Shown here in pieces: positions 1 to 10,807 of a DNA stretch of 64,000 nucleotides (its first letter is position 1; each line of letters begins with the position of its first letter). This DNA is from Halanaerobium sp. (GTDB lineage: Bacteria > Bacillota > Halanaerobiia > Halanaerobiales > Halanaerobiaceae). Where the stretch lies: contig JBKHDA010000001.1 in the NCBI GenBank assembly GCA_046541575.1, positions 24,243-88,242 of the forward strand, written 5' to 3'. A program made the position numbers and the translations under genes. The notes beneath the pieces are model-generated. The model saw nothing but the letters and a program-made list of their open reading frames with translations, had not been told where the DNA came from and made no database searches.

Positions 1-1
1 A

Positions 2-1060
2 GATATTTTAAATGATCAGAGTAAACATGTGGTTGTTCAGACTGCACCTGCAGTTAGGGTAGCAATTTCAGAACCATTTTCCAATCAGGCTGGAGATATT
101 TCTACCGGTCAGCTGGTGACAGCTTTAAAAAGACTCGGTTTTGATGCAGTTTTCGACACTAACTTTGCAGCAGATTTAACTATTATGGAGGAAGGTACAG
201 AATTAATCAATAGAATAAATAGTGGTGGGAGATTACCTCTCTTTACTTCCTGCAGTCCGGGCTGGATTAAATTTATCGAACATTTTTATCCAGAGTATTT
301 AGATAATCTTTCAACCGCTAAATCTCCTCAGCAGATGTTTGGAGCTCTAGCAAAGACATATTATGCAGAAGAGGCAGGTATAGACCCTGAAGATATTATT
401 GTGGTTTCTATAATGCCCTGTACAGCCAAAAAATTTGAAGCAAAAAGAGAAGAGCTGGCTGGAGATGTCGACTATGTTTTAACCACCAGAGAACTGGTTT
501 CTATGATCAAATCTGCAGGTATTGATTTTCTTAACTTAAAAGAAAGTGAATATGATGAATTATTAGGAGTTTCTTCTGGGGCAGCAAATATTTTTGGAAC
601 CACTGGTGGAGTTATGGAAGCAGCACTTAGAACGGCATCTGAGTTAATTACAGATCAGGAATTAGAAAAAATTGATTTTGTAAATGTGAGAGGATTAGAA
701 GGAATTAAAAAAGCTGAAGTAGAAATAGATGGTTTAAAATTAAGGGCAGCAGTTGCTCATGGACTTGGCAATGCACGCAGAGTAATGGAAATGATTAAAG
801 CAGGAGAGGAATTTGATTTTGTAGAATTTATGGCCTGTCCTGGAGGCTGTATGGGGGGTGGAGGCCAGCCTATTTCCAGTGATGATAATGTACTGGAAAA
901 AAGGCAGAAAGCTATTTATGAAATAGATAAAAATAAGAAATTAAGAAAATCACATGAGAATCCCTATATTAAAAAACTTTATGATGATTATCTTGAGAAA
1001 CCGGGAAGCGAAACTGCTCACAAACTTCTGCATACTAAATATAAAGCACGAAAAATTTAA
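2..1060 (+). CDS. hydA: [FeFe]-hydrogenase group A catalytic subunit, 5'-truncated by the window edge
   Basis: Frame is open from base 2. H-cluster motifs TSCSPGW, MPCTAKKFE and EFMACPGGCMGGGGQP are present, plus the fused small-subunit tail (RKSHENP...LLHTKY). Confidence 0.95.
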   Translation, partial: DILNDQSKHVVVQTAPAVRVAISEPFSNQAGDISTGQLVTALKRLGFDAVFDTNFAADLTIMEEGTELINRINSGGRLPLFTSCSPGWIKFIEHFYPEYLDNLSTAKSPQQMFGALAKTYYAEEAGIDPEDIIVVSIMPCTAKKFEAKREELAGDVDYVLTTRELVSMIKSAGIDFLNLKESEYDELLGVSSGAANIFGTTGGVMEAALRTASELITDQELEKIDFVNVRGLEGIKKAEVEIDGLKLRAAVAHGLGNARRVMEMIKAGEEFDFVEFMACPGGCMGGGGQPISSDDNVLEKRQKAIYEIDKNKKLRKSHENPYIKKLYDDYLEKPGSETAHKLLHTKYKARKI

Positions 1061-1138
1061 TAAGATTAAACTAAAAACTAATAAATTAAGTGAGAATTAA
1101 ATAATATAAAGTTAATTTTTAGAATTTCAGCTTCTCTA

Positions 1139-1167
1139 TTGACAGCTTAATTTTTAAATGATAAACT
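1139..1167 (+). promoter_or_regulatory. sigma-A promoter of carAB
   Basis: TTGACA, 17-bp spacer, TAAACT with extended TG, directly upstream of a PyrR loop. Confidence 0.8.
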
Positions 1168-1194
1168 ATATCACAATAATAAAAAATATATTTT

Positions 1195-1228
1195 CCTTTT
1201 AAATCAGTCCAGAGAGGCTGGCAAAGGT
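1195..1228 (+). promoter_or_regulatory. PyrR-binding loop (carA leader)
   Basis: CCTTTTAAATCAGTCCAGAGAGGCTGGCAAAGG matches the AGUCCAGAGAGGCU / CUUUAA PyrR consensus. Confidence 0.92.
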
Positions 1229-1278
1229 ATACAGATATAGCTATATTTAGCTTTTTATAATCTAACTATATCAATTTT

Positions 1279-1319
1279 AACCTTCAAACCATTCTTTCTG
1301 GGGAGAAGGTTTTATTTTT
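1279..1319 (+). terminator. attenuator terminator of the carA leader
   Basis: AACCTTC...GAAGGTT stem followed by a T-rich tract, between the PyrR loop and the carA RBS. Confidence 0.7.
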
Positions 1320-1436
1320 ATCAATAAACTTTAGTAATTTACTTTAAAAACAAATTAAAGCAGTACTGTAGTAAAGTAATGTTGTAGAGATGCTAAAATC
1401 AGAGCAGTGATTAGTAAAAAAAGTGGAGGTAGTTAA

Positions 1437-2510
1437 ATGAAAAAAGCAAAACTTGTTCTAGAAGAAGGGAGTATTTTCGAAGGCGAAATTTTTGGAGCTG
1501 ATCAGGAAAGTGCTGGCGAAATAGTTTTTAATACCAGTATGACCGGTTATCAGGAAATTCTAACTGACCCTTCCTATAAGGGAGAGATTGTTTGTATGAC
1601 CTATCCTTTAATTGGAAACTACGGGATTAATGAAGATGATTTTGAATCTTTTAAATCTCATGTCAATGGTTTTATTGTTAAAGAATTTGCCGAGGAGCCG
1701 GAAAATTGGCGCCTAAAAAAGAGACTGGAAAAATACTTAAAAGAAAATGGAATTACGGCAATCAGCGGCATAGATACCAGAGCACTGACTAAAATACTGC
1801 GGCGACAGGGAACAATGCGTGGAATTATAACTACTGAAAATTTAAATGATGAAAAATTAATAAAGAAGGCCAAAAATGCGCCCGGACTTTCGGGAAGAGA
1901 TTTGGTTTCATTGGTCAGCAGAAAAGAAGTGGAAAAATTAGGAGCAGGAAATAAGAAGCGAGTAGTTTTAGTAGATTGTGGAGCTAAAGATAATATAAAA
2001 GATTCACTGCTTGAGCGAAACTGTGAAGTTATAATAGTACCGGCAAATACTTCTGCCCGAAATATATTAAATTATAATCCTGATGGAGTAATGTTTTCCA
2101 ATGGACCGGGTGATCCAGAAGATGCAGATTATGTGGCAGATACAATTAAAGAACTTCTGGGAGAGGTTGCAATTTTTGGAATTTGTCTCGGACATCAGCT
2201 TTTAGGCAGAGCCTGTGGTGCTGAAACATATAAGCTCAAATTTGGGCACCGGGGAGCCAACCATCCGGTTAAGGATTTAAAGACAAATCGAGTTTATATT
2301 ACTTCTCAAAATCATGGTTTTGCAATTAAAGAAGATTCACTGACTGAGCTGGATCTGGAATTAACTCATATCAATGTGAATGATCAAACAGTGGAAGGTT
2401 TTAGACATCAAAAATATCCTGCCTTTTCTGTTCAGTATCATCCAGAAGCCTCACCAGGACCTGAAGATTCATACTATTTATTTGATCAATTTATTGACCT
2501 AATGCACTGA
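1437..2510 (+). CDS. carA: carbamoyl-phosphate synthase small subunit
   Basis: GEIVFNTSMTGYQE, SNGPGDP, GICLGHQ and QYHPE motifs; GGAGGT RBS. Confidence 0.98.
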   Translation: MKKAKLVLEEGSIFEGEIFGADQESAGEIVFNTSMTGYQEILTDPSYKGEIVCMTYPLIGNYGINEDDFESFKSHVNGFIVKEFAEEPENWRLKKRLEKYLKENGITAISGIDTRALTKILRRQGTMRGIITTENLNDEKLIKKAKNAPGLSGRDLVSLVSRKEVEKLGAGNKKRVVLVDCGAKDNIKDSLLERNCEVIIVPANTSARNILNYNPDGVMFSNGPGDPEDADYVADTIKELLGEVAIFGICLGHQLLGRACGAETYKLKFGHRGANHPVKDLKTNRVYITSQNHGFAIKEDSLTELDLELTHINVNDQTVEGFRHQKYPAFSVQYHPEASPGPEDSYYLFDQFIDLMH

Positions 2511-2511
2511 T

Positions 2512-2540
2512 GGTACCGGGTACTTAGAAAATATTTCCAA
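2512..2540 (+). repeat. REP-like repeat copy (GGTACCGGGTACTTAGAAAATATTTCCAA)
   Basis: First 21 nt are the exact reverse complement of 21595-21615; near-identical to the left arm of 12969-13007; starts 1 nt after the carA stop. Confidence 0.75.
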
Positions 2541-2569
2541 TATACTTTCAAAAATCTAAGGAGGAAAAG

Positions 2570-5500
2570 ATGCCGAAAAGAGAAGATATCAAAAAAGTTA
2601 TGGTTATTGGTTCAGGACCAATTATTATTGGACAGGCAGCTGAATTTGATTATTCAGGGAGCCAGGCCTGCCGTGCTCTTAAAGAAGAGGGGCTGGAAGT
2701 TGTTTTAGTCAACAGCAATCCGGCGACAATTATGACAGATGAGAATATGGCAGATCGAGTCTACATTGAACCTCTAACTGTTGATAGTATAATTGAAATT
2801 TTGAAAAAAGAAAATCCAGATGGATTGATTCCTACTTTAGGAGGACAAATTGCTTTAAATCTGGCTATCGATTTAGCCGAAACAAATATTTTAGAAGATT
2901 TGAATGTAGAACTTTTAGGAACTCCAATTGATACAATTGAGAAGGCAGAAGATAGAAATACCTTTAAAGAGTTAATGAATGAGATTGGCGAACCAGTTCT
3001 AGACAGTAAGATTGCAGAAGATATTGATCAGGCAAAAGATATTGCAGCAGAAATTGGTTATCCAGTAATTGTGCGTCCGGCCTATACAATGGGAGGAACT
3101 GGTGGAGGTGTTGCCAATAATTTAGAAGAGTTAAAGGAAATCACGGCCCGTGGTTTTAAACACAGCTTGATCGGTCAGGTTTTAATAGAAAAAAGTATTA
3201 AGGGCTGGAAAGAAATAGAGTACGAGGTAATGCGGGATAAAAATGATAACTGTATAGTTGTCTGCAATATGGAAAATTTTGATCCGGTTGGAGTCCATAC
3301 CGGAGATAGTATTGTTGTAGCTCCCAGCCAGACTCTGACTGATAAAGAATATCAGATGTTTAGGAGCTCAGCTCTAAAAATAATTAGAGCTCTGGGAATT
3401 GAAGGTGGCTGTAATGTTCAGTATGCCCTGGATCCAGAGAGTTTTCAGTATTATATCATTGAGGTTAATCCCAGAGTTAGCCGCTCAAGTGCTCTGGCCT
3501 CGAAGGCCACAGGTTATCCAATTGCCAAAGTTTCCGCCAGGATTGCCCTGGGTTACAGCCTGGATGAGATAGAAAATGCAATTACCGGGGAAACTACCGC
3601 CTGCTTTGAGCCAGCCTTAGATTATGTAGTCTTTAAAATTCCACGCTGGCCTTTTGATAAATTTCACTATGCAGATCGAGACCTGGGAACGCAAATGAAG
3701 GCTACGGGAGAGGTAATGTCAATTGAAAGGAATTTAGAGGCTTCGATGCTTAAGGCTGTGCGCTCACTGGAAATCGGACGCTACGGATTTTATCTGGAGG
3801 AGTTTAGAAATTTAAGTGATCAGGAAATCAAAGACTTTTTATATGAAGCAGATGATAACCGACTTTTTGTAATAGCAGAAGCCCTGAGGCGGGGTTTTAC
3901 AGTCAAAAAAATTCATCAAATTACTGAGATCAGTACTTTCTTTTTATACAAAATGAAGAATATAATTGATCTGGAAAAATCTCTAGCTGCAGATAAAGAT
4001 AATATTGCGGGAAATAAAGAACTTTTGCTAAAAGCCAAGGAAAAAGGTTTTTCCGATACGGAGATTGCTCTTTTAACTGAAAAGACTGAAGAGGAAATAA
4101 AAGCTATCAGAGATAGGCTGCAGCTGAAACCTGTATTTAAAATGGTTGATACCTGTGCAGCAGAGTTTGAGGCAGAAACTCCCTATTATTATTCTTCCTA
4201 TGAAAAGGTTAATGAGGCGGAGCCAACAGAGAAGAAAAAAGTAATGGTCATTGGTTCCGGTCCAATTAGAATCGGGCAGGGAATAGAATTTGATTACTGC
4301 AGTGTTCATTCTGCCTGGACCTTAAATGAAGAGGGTTATGAGTCAATTATAGTTAATAATAATCCGGAAACGGTCAGTACTGATTTTGATACCTCAGACA
4401 GATTGTATTTTGAACCGCTGACCAAAGAAGATATTATGCATATTATTGAAAATGAAAAGCCAGAAGGTGTAATCTGTCAATTTGGAGGCCAGACAGCTGT
4501 TAATTTAGCTGAACCGCTGGCAGAGGCAGGAGTTGAAATTTTAGGAACTTCGGTTGATTCTATTGATTTGGCAGAAGATAGAGACCGTTTTATTGGACTT
4601 TTAAATGAATTGGATATTCCGGTACCTGCCGGTGAAGTTGCGGCTTCGTTAAAGGAAGCAGAGAAAATTGCAGCAGAAGTTGGTTATCCAGTGCTTGTTC
4701 GACCTTCTTATGTGCTCGGAGGCCGGGCAATGGAAGTTGTCTATAATAAAATAGAATTAGAAGAATATATGAAAAATGCAGTTAAAGTTTCACCTGACAG
4801 ACCGGTGCTGGTGGATAAATATTTAACCGGAACTGAAATTGAGATTGATGCAATCTCTGATGGAGAAACAGTGATTGTGCCGGGAATTATGGAACATGTA
4901 GAAAGAGCAGGTGTCCACTCCGGTGACAGTATAGCAGTTTATCCACCTCACCGTCTATCTGATAAGTTAAAGAAAAAAGCAGTAGAATATACTAAAAAAA
5001 TTTCGCGAGCGCTGAATGTTAAAGGTGTTGTTAATATTCAGTATGTGGTCAGCGAAGGAGAAATCTATGTGATTGAGGTTAACCCCCGCTCCAGTCGGAC
5101 AATTCCTTATCTGAGTAAGGTAACAGGTGTACCAATGGTTGATCTGGCGACAAAGGCCCTGCTTGGACGCAAACTAAAAGATTTGGGCTGGGAAAGTGGG
5201 ATGGTTTCCGAAAAAGAACATGTAGCAGTTAAAGTTCCAGTCTTTTCATTTTCTAAATTAACTGAAGTGGATACCAATTTAGGACCGGAGATGAAATCTA
5301 CTGGAGAAGTGCTGGGATTAGCTGAAAGTTACGAAAAAGCGCTCTATAAAGGATTGATTGGTGCCGGTCTGGAAATTCCAAGAGCAGGTACAATTCTGGC
5401 TACAATTGCAGATAAGGATAAAGAAGAAGCTGTTGAATATATTAAAGATTTTGCAGAACTCGGTTTTCAAATTACAGCTACTGCAGGAACAGCAGCTGCC

Positions 5501-5782
5501 TTAAAAGAAAAAGGGCTGGAAGTCGATATTGTTAAAAAGATAGGAGAAGGCTCACCCGATTCTCTGGAAATGATTTCTAATGATCAGATTGACCTGGTTA
5601 TAAATACTCTAACAAAAGGTAAAATACCGGAAAGGGATGGCTTTAGAATCAGAAGATCTGCAGTTGAAATGGGAATTCCCTGTTTAACTTCACTGGATAC
5701 AACTCACGCTATGCTTAAAGTTTTACAGGAAATTGAGCACGGAGAGAGAATTGAATATAAAGCACTTCAGGATTATCAATAA
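2570..5782 (+). CDS. carB: carbamoyl-phosphate synthase large subunit
   Basis: MPKR...[17 protein letters not shown] start, two ATP-grasp halves (IEVNPR twice), C-terminal MGS-like domain, 1070 aa. Confidence 0.99.
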   Translation: MPKREDIKKVMVIGSGPIIIGQAAEFDYSGSQACRALKEEGLEVVLVNSNPATIMTDENMADRVYIEPLTVDSIIEILKKENPDGLIPTLGGQIALNLAIDLAETNILEDLNVELLGTPIDTIEKAEDRNTFKELMNEIGEPVLDSKIAEDIDQAKDIAAEIGYPVIVRPAYTMGGTGGGVANNLEELKEITARGFKHSLIGQVLIEKSIKGWKEIEYEVMRDKNDNCIVVCNMENFDPVGVHTGDSIVVAPSQTLTDKEYQMFRSSALKIIRALGIEGGCNVQYALDPESFQYYIIEVNPRVSRSSALASKATGYPIAKVSARIALGYSLDEIENAITGETTACFEPALDYVVFKIPRWPFDKFHYADRDLGTQMKATGEVMSIERNLEASMLKAVRSLEIGRYGFYLEEFRNLSDQEIKDFLYEADDNRLFVIAEALRRGFTVKKIHQITEISTFFLYKMKNIIDLEKSLAADKDNIAGNKELLLKAKEKGFSDTEIALLTEKTEEEIKAIRDRLQLKPVFKMVDTCAAEFEAETPYYYSSYEKVNEAEPTEKKKVMVIGSGPIRIGQGIEFDYCSVHSAWTLNEEGYESIIVNNNPETVSTDFDTSDRLYFEPLTKEDIMHIIENEKPEGVICQFGGQTAVNLAEPLAEAGVEILGTSVDSIDLAEDRDRFIGLLNELDIPVPAGEVAASLKEAEKIAAEVGYPVLVRPSYVLGGRAMEVVYNKIELEEYMKNAVKVSPDRPVLVDKYLTGTEIEIDAISDGETVIVPGIMEHVERAGVHSGDSIAVYPPHRLSDKLKKKAVEYTKKISRALNVKGVVNIQYVVSEGEIYVIEVNPRSSRTIPYLSKVTGVPMVDLATKALLGRKLKDLGWESGMVSEKEHVAVKVPVFSFSKLTEVDTNLGPEMKSTGEVLGLAESYEKALYKGLIGAGLEIPRAGTILATIADKDKEEAVEYIKDFAELGFQITATAGTAAALKEKGLEVDIVKKIGEGSPDSLEMISNDQIDLVINTLTKGKIPERDGFRIRRSAVEMGIPCLTSLDTTHAMLKVLQEIEHGERIEYKALQDYQ

Positions 5783-5856
5783 AATGAGAATAATTTATTT
5801 ATTATTGAGTAAATTATTTTAGATCTTATTTTGATTTGATTTTGTAAACTTATATC

Positions 5857-5897
5857 ACCGATTATCATGGTTAATACCAGGATAATCGGTATTTTTT
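5857..5897 (+). terminator. intrinsic terminator after carB
   Basis: ACCGATTATC / GATAATCGGT stem followed by ATTTTTT. Confidence 0.8.
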
Positions 5898-6262
5898 AGA
5901 TAATAAGCTAAAAATATTGGTAGTCAGGCAGAATAATGAAAAGATGTTAAATTTGATTAGAAAAGAGTTTGGTGAGGTAGAGTTAGAGCAGCTAATAGTT
6001 ACAGGTAGATATTTAAAAACAATTTTACAGAAAATATATCAATAAGATATTGTAAAAGAAGCAGTTGAAGGATTATTTTACTGCCATATTACGGACTGAT
6101 TTTCTTTTTTGCTTTAGAGCAAAAGAAAAAACTAAAAAGTACAGCTTAGTTTCTAACATTTATAATGCCAACTGCTGCCGCAGTTTTTTCTTTAAGTTAT
6201 ATTAGTTGGGTTTATGGATAGGGAATGCGATTAATTTATTTAAGTAGAAATCTAGTATAATA

Positions 6263-6297
6263 TTTTGTGTTTTTATTCACTATAACCAGGTACAAAA
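6263..6297 (+). repeat. 35-bp direct repeat, left copy
   Basis: TTTTGTGTTTTTATTCACTATAACCAGGTACAAAA, identical to 7511-7545. Confidence 0.95.
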
Positions 6298-6316
6298 CGG
6301 CCGTTTTGTACCTGGT
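6285..6316. repeat. 32-bp perfect palindrome (REP-like)
   Basis: ACCAGGTACAAAACGG|CCGTTTTGTACCTGGT, continuing into GTACCTGGTACC. Confidence 0.9.
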
Positions 6317-6362
6317 ACCAATTATGTTATAATAAGCTCAAAATAGAAAGAGTGAGTAAACT

Positions 6363-7505
6363 ATGATCTTAAATTATTTAATAACTTTAATTTCCTTTGC
6401 AATTATACTTTTTTTGAATTATATTTTAGATACACATATTTTAATATCTGTTGTTATAGTTTCAGCAGCTGTTTTATTAATAATTTTGCTAAAAAAACAG
6501 CTTTTAAGTGGACTGAAATTTTTAATTATTTTAATGAGTATTTTGTTAATTAGTTTTATGTTAACCTATTTTACCAGAGAAGATTTATCAGTTTCATTTC
6601 AGGGAGAGCTGATAAATGAGGGAATAAAATTAATAACTCACACTGTTAATCGATTTAGCAGTACGAGTTTTATAGAGCTTAATCTAAACTATTCTAAAGA
6701 GGATTATAATCATCAGGACTGGCAGCCGCCGGCAGGTTATGAAAATAATAAAATTAACTTAACTGATTCAGATGGCTATTTATTAAAAAAGCAGGATTCA
6801 GATCACAAAAAAATTATCTATCAGCTGCATGGTGGAGCTTATATTAGCCCATTTTCTGAAAATTATAATGAAAGTGCTCTAAATTATTCTAAAGCCTATG
6901 ATCAAGCAGATGTGTTTTCACTTGATTACCGTACATCTCCGCAATATGAGCATCCTGCCGCTCTGAATGATGCTCTTGAAGGATATCAGTATCTGCTGGA
7001 TAAGGGGTATCCTGCTCAAAAAATAATTATTGCAGGAGATTCTGCTGGAGGAGGACTGGCTCTGTCCCTGGCAGTAAAAATAAAGAATCTTGAATTACCA
7101 GCTCCAAAAGCATTAATTTTGGCTTCTCCCTGGACAGATCTGGCAGCAGAAGGTAAGAGCTATCAGAATAAAATAGAGGCAGATGCTTTTTTTGGTTACC
7201 CTGAAGCTGAAAAAGCTCCTCGCTATCCGCTGCCTCTTACTTATGCTGGAGATCAAAATCTTAAAGATCCATATCTTTCTCCTGCTTATGCTGATTTAGG
7301 TGGTCTGCCCCCTATTTTAATTCAGACAGGGAGTGAAGAAATATTGTTAAGTGATAGTAAAAAGATTGCAGAAAAAGCAGAAGAGGAAGGAGTCGAGGTT
7401 GAATTTATTGAGTATAAAGGAATGTATCACAACTTTTATATATTAACTCCTTCAATTCCCGAAAGTAGAGAAGCATGGCAGAAAATTGAAGATTTTATCA
7501 ATTAG
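6363..7505 (+). CDS. membrane-anchored HSL-family alpha/beta hydrolase (esterase/lipase)
   Basis: About three N-terminal hydrophobic helices; HGGA oxyanion motif, GDSAGG nucleophile elbow, GMYH catalytic His. Confidence 0.9.
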   Translation: MILNYLITLISFAIILFLNYILDTHILISVVIVSAAVLLIILLKKQLLSGLKFLIILMSILLISFMLTYFTREDLSVSFQGELINEGIKLITHTVNRFSSTSFIELNLNYSKEDYNHQDWQPPAGYENNKINLTDSDGYLLKKQDSDHKKIIYQLHGGAYISPFSENYNESALNYSKAYDQADVFSLDYRTSPQYEHPAALNDALEGYQYLLDKGYPAQKIIIAGDSAGGGLALSLAVKIKNLELPAPKALILASPWTDLAAEGKSYQNKIEADAFFGYPEAEKAPRYPLPLTYAGDQNLKDPYLSPAYADLGGLPPILIQTGSEEILLSDSKKIAEKAEEEGVEVEFIEYKGMYHNFYILTPSIPESREAWQKIEDFIN

Positions 7506-7510
7506 TTATG

Positions 7511-7545
7511 TTTTGTGTTTTTATTCACTATAACCAGGTACAAAA
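7511..7545 (+). repeat. 35-bp direct repeat, right copy
   Basis: Identical to 6263-6297; begins 5 nt after the esterase stop. Confidence 0.95.
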
Positions 7546-7558
7546 ATGAAAATATTTC

Positions 7559-7587
7559 TTGACTTAAAATCTCTATTCTGATAAACT
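7559..7587 (+). promoter_or_regulatory. sigma-A promoter of the pyrR operon
   Basis: TTGACT, 17-bp spacer, TG-extended TAAACT; same architecture as the carA promoter. Confidence 0.8.
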
Positions 7588-7608
7588 TAGTTCAAATAAG
7601 ATAATGAT

Positions 7609-7641
7609 TCTTTAAATTAGTCCAGAGAGGCTAGTAAGGGA
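7609..7641 (+). promoter_or_regulatory. PyrR-binding loop (pyrR leader)
   Basis: TCTTTAAATTAGTCCAGAGAGGCTAGTAAGGGA. Confidence 0.92.
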
Positions 7642-7657
7642 AAATATAAATTTTAGC

Positions 7658-8287
<630 letters not shown>

Positions 8288-8310
8288 AATAAAAACAGTT
8301 TAATAATGTA

Positions 8311-8344
8311 TCCTTTAAATTGGTCCAGAGAGACCGGTAAGGAA
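8311..8344 (+). promoter_or_regulatory. PyrR-binding loop (pyrP leader)
   Basis: TCCTTTAAATTGGTCCAGAGAGACCGGTAAGGAA, with compensatory stem changes relative to the other two loops. Confidence 0.9.
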
Positions 8345-8400
8345 TTAATTTAGCAGAAATCTATCTATGTCAGTAGAGGTAGAAAATGCTTAAAGAGTTT

Positions 8401-8438
8401 AAACTCCTTATCAGTCCAGTCTGGTAGGGAGTTTTTTT
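8401..8438 (+). terminator. attenuator terminator before pyrP
   Basis: AAACTCCTTATCAG / CTGGTAGGGAGTTT stem followed by a T tract. Confidence 0.8.
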
Positions 8439-8542
8439 AATGTTTATTTATAACTTATTTTTTAAAGAGGGAATTTGATAAAAATTTTAGAGATTTTATT
8501 AAAAAGTTTTTCAATAATTTTATAACATCCAGGAGGTATAAA

Positions 8543-9841
8543 ATGAAAATTTTAAAACAAAGCAAAGAAAATTTAGCACAGCTTAAAGAAGATGGAATTA
8601 CAAGACACCGATTATTTATTCTGGCCTTACAGCATATGTTTGCCATGTTTGGCTCAACGGTTCTGGTACCGGCACTGACCGGCTTAAATCCCGCAGTTGC
8701 ACTTTTTACTTCCGGACTGGGAACACTGATCTTTCATGTAATAACCGGTGGAAAAGTTCCTGCCTATCTCGGTTCTTCTTTTGCCTTTATTGCTCCCATA
8801 ATAGCGGCTCAAAATCAATTTGGCACAGAGGGAGCTATGCTTGGAATTATAACAGTTGGTCTTGTGTATGCACTGATGTCATTAGTAATCAGACTGCTGG
8901 GAACAGAATTTTTCCGCAAATTACTGCCGCCGGTAGTAATTGGTCCGGTGATCATTACAATTGGACTCGGGCTGGCTCCAACAGCTAAAGATATGGCTTC
9001 AGAACATCTTTTGGTTGCAGCTGTAACACTCGCAATAGCAGTAGGAGTCAGTGTTTTTGCCAAAGGAATAATTAAAGTAATCCCAATTTTACTTGGAATT
9101 ATCGGCGGTTATACTTTTGCAGCCTTTTTGGGACTTGTAGATTTTGCTCCGGTAATGGAAGCTTCCTGGTTTGCTCTACCAAAGTTTGCCTTTCCAGCAG
9201 TGAGTGGTAATCTAAAAGCTATTTCGCTTGTAGCACCAATTGCTCTGGTAACCATGGTTGAACATTTAGGTGATGTTGTCGCAATCAGCTCCACTGTAAA
9301 AAAAGACTTTATAGAAGAACCCGGCCTGCACAGAACCCTCCTGGGTGACGGAATTGCAACTTTAGTTGCTGGACTTTTTGGCGGACCACCTAACACAACT
9401 TATGGAGAGAATGTAGGGGTTTTAGCTTTGACAAAAGTATATAATCCAATGATTATTCAGCTGACAGCAGTGATAGTAATCTTAAGCTCTTTTGTACAGA
9501 AGGTTGGAGTATTGATTCAGACTATCCCGACAGCAGTAATGGGAGGAATTGTCTTTCTACTCTTTGGTATGATCGCGTCAATCGGACTCAGGACTTTAGT
9601 AGAAAACGAAGTTGACCTTTCTAAAAATAGAAACTTAGTCATAGTTTCGGTAACTCTGGTAGTAGGGATTTCAAATCTGACTCTTAATTTTGCCGGACTG
9701 GAATTTGGCGGTATGGGCCTGGCAGCGATAGTCGGAATAGTAATGAATTTAGTTTTACCGGCAATGGAAAACGAAATTGAGGATAAAGAACTGGAAGAGG
9801 AACTAAAGCTGGAAGCAGAATTGAGATATGAAGCTAACTAA
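8543..9841 (+). CDS. pyrP: uracil permease (NCS2 family)
   Basis: LQHMFAMFG, YLGSSFAF and NTTYGEN signature motifs. Confidence 0.96.
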   Translation: MKILKQSKENLAQLKEDGITRHRLFILALQHMFAMFGSTVLVPALTGLNPAVALFTSGLGTLIFHVITGGKVPAYLGSSFAFIAPIIAAQNQFGTEGAMLGIITVGLVYALMSLVIRLLGTEFFRKLLPPVVIGPVIITIGLGLAPTAKDMASEHLLVAAVTLAIAVGVSVFAKGIIKVIPILLGIIGGYTFAAFLGLVDFAPVMEASWFALPKFAFPAVSGNLKAISLVAPIALVTMVEHLGDVVAISSTVKKDFIEEPGLHRTLLGDGIATLVAGLFGGPPNTTYGENVGVLALTKVYNPMIIQLTAVIVILSSFVQKVGVLIQTIPTAVMGGIVFLLFGMIASIGLRTLVENEVDLSKNRNLVIVSVTLVVGISNLTLNFAGLEFGGMGLAAIVGIVMNLVLPAMENEIEDKELEEELKLEAELRYEAN

Positions 9842-9865
9842 AATACCCGGGCAGGAGGTAAGCAG

Positions 9866-10807
9866 ATGAGTTTAAAAAGAAAAGATTTTTTGGGGCTTTA
9901 TGATGTATCCAAAGAAGAAATTAATGAAATTTTAGATACAGCAGTTGCCATGAAAGATATTTTAACCAGGACAGTTAAAAAAGTTCCAACCCTCAGGGGA
10001 AAAACTGTAATTAATTTATTTTATGAACCTTCAACCAGAACTAAGTTTTCTTTTAATCTGGCTGCGAAGAGATTGAGTGCAGATGTGATGAGCATTTCTA
10101 AATCTTCCAGCAGTATAGCAAAAGGAGAGAGTCTGCTGGATACCGCAAAGACAATGGAAGTTATGGGAGCTGATGTGGTAGTTATCAGACACAGTGCTCC
10201 TGGAGCAGCTAAATTTCTGGCAGAAAATATTTCAGCCAGTGTACTTAATGCAGGAGATGGTGCTCATGCTCATCCAACTCAGGCTTTGCTTGATATTTAC
10301 AGCATTAAAGAAAAAATAGGAGAAATTGCCGGACTGAAAGTTTTAATTGTAGGAGATATTGCTCACAGTAGGGTGGCCCGCTCAAATATCTGGGGTCTAA
10401 ATAAACTGGGAGCTGAAGTATCTGTTGCCGGTCCCCAGACTTTAATTCCAAGGGAAATAGAAAAAATGGGGGTTAAGGTTTATTCTGACCTGGATCAGGC
10501 TCTGGAAAATGTAGATGTGGTCAATATTTTAAGAATTCAGATGGAAAGACAGGAAAGCGGACTTTTTCCTTCGATTAGAGAATACAGAGAAATTTATGGA
10601 ATGAATGCAGAGCGCCTGGAGAGAATCGGCAAAAAAGCTATGATTATGCATCCGGGTCCTATGAATCGCGGTATAGAAATTGAAAGTTCAGTTGCCGACA
10701 GCTCACAGTCAGTAATTACCGAACAGGTAAAAAACGGTGTGGCAATTAGAATGGCGCTGCTCTACCTGCTGGCCGGGAGGGAGATAGATAATGAAAACCT
10801 TAATTAA
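9866..10807 (+). CDS. pyrB: aspartate carbamoyltransferase catalytic subunit
   Basis: FYEPSTRT, HPTQALLD and HPGPMNRG motifs. Confidence 0.98.
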   Translation: MSLKRKDFLGLYDVSKEEINEILDTAVAMKDILTRTVKKVPTLRGKTVINLFYEPSTRTKFSFNLAAKRLSADVMSISKSSSSIAKGESLLDTAKTMEVMGADVVVIRHSAPGAAKFLAENISASVLNAGDGAHAHPTQALLDIYSIKEKIGEIAGLKVLIVGDIAHSRVARSNIWGLNKLGAEVSVAGPQTLIPREIEKMGVKVYSDLDQALENVDVVNILRIQMERQESGLFPSIREYREIYGMNAERLERIGKKAMIMHPGPMNRGIEIESSVADSSQSVITEQVKNGVAIRMALLYLLAGREIDNENLN

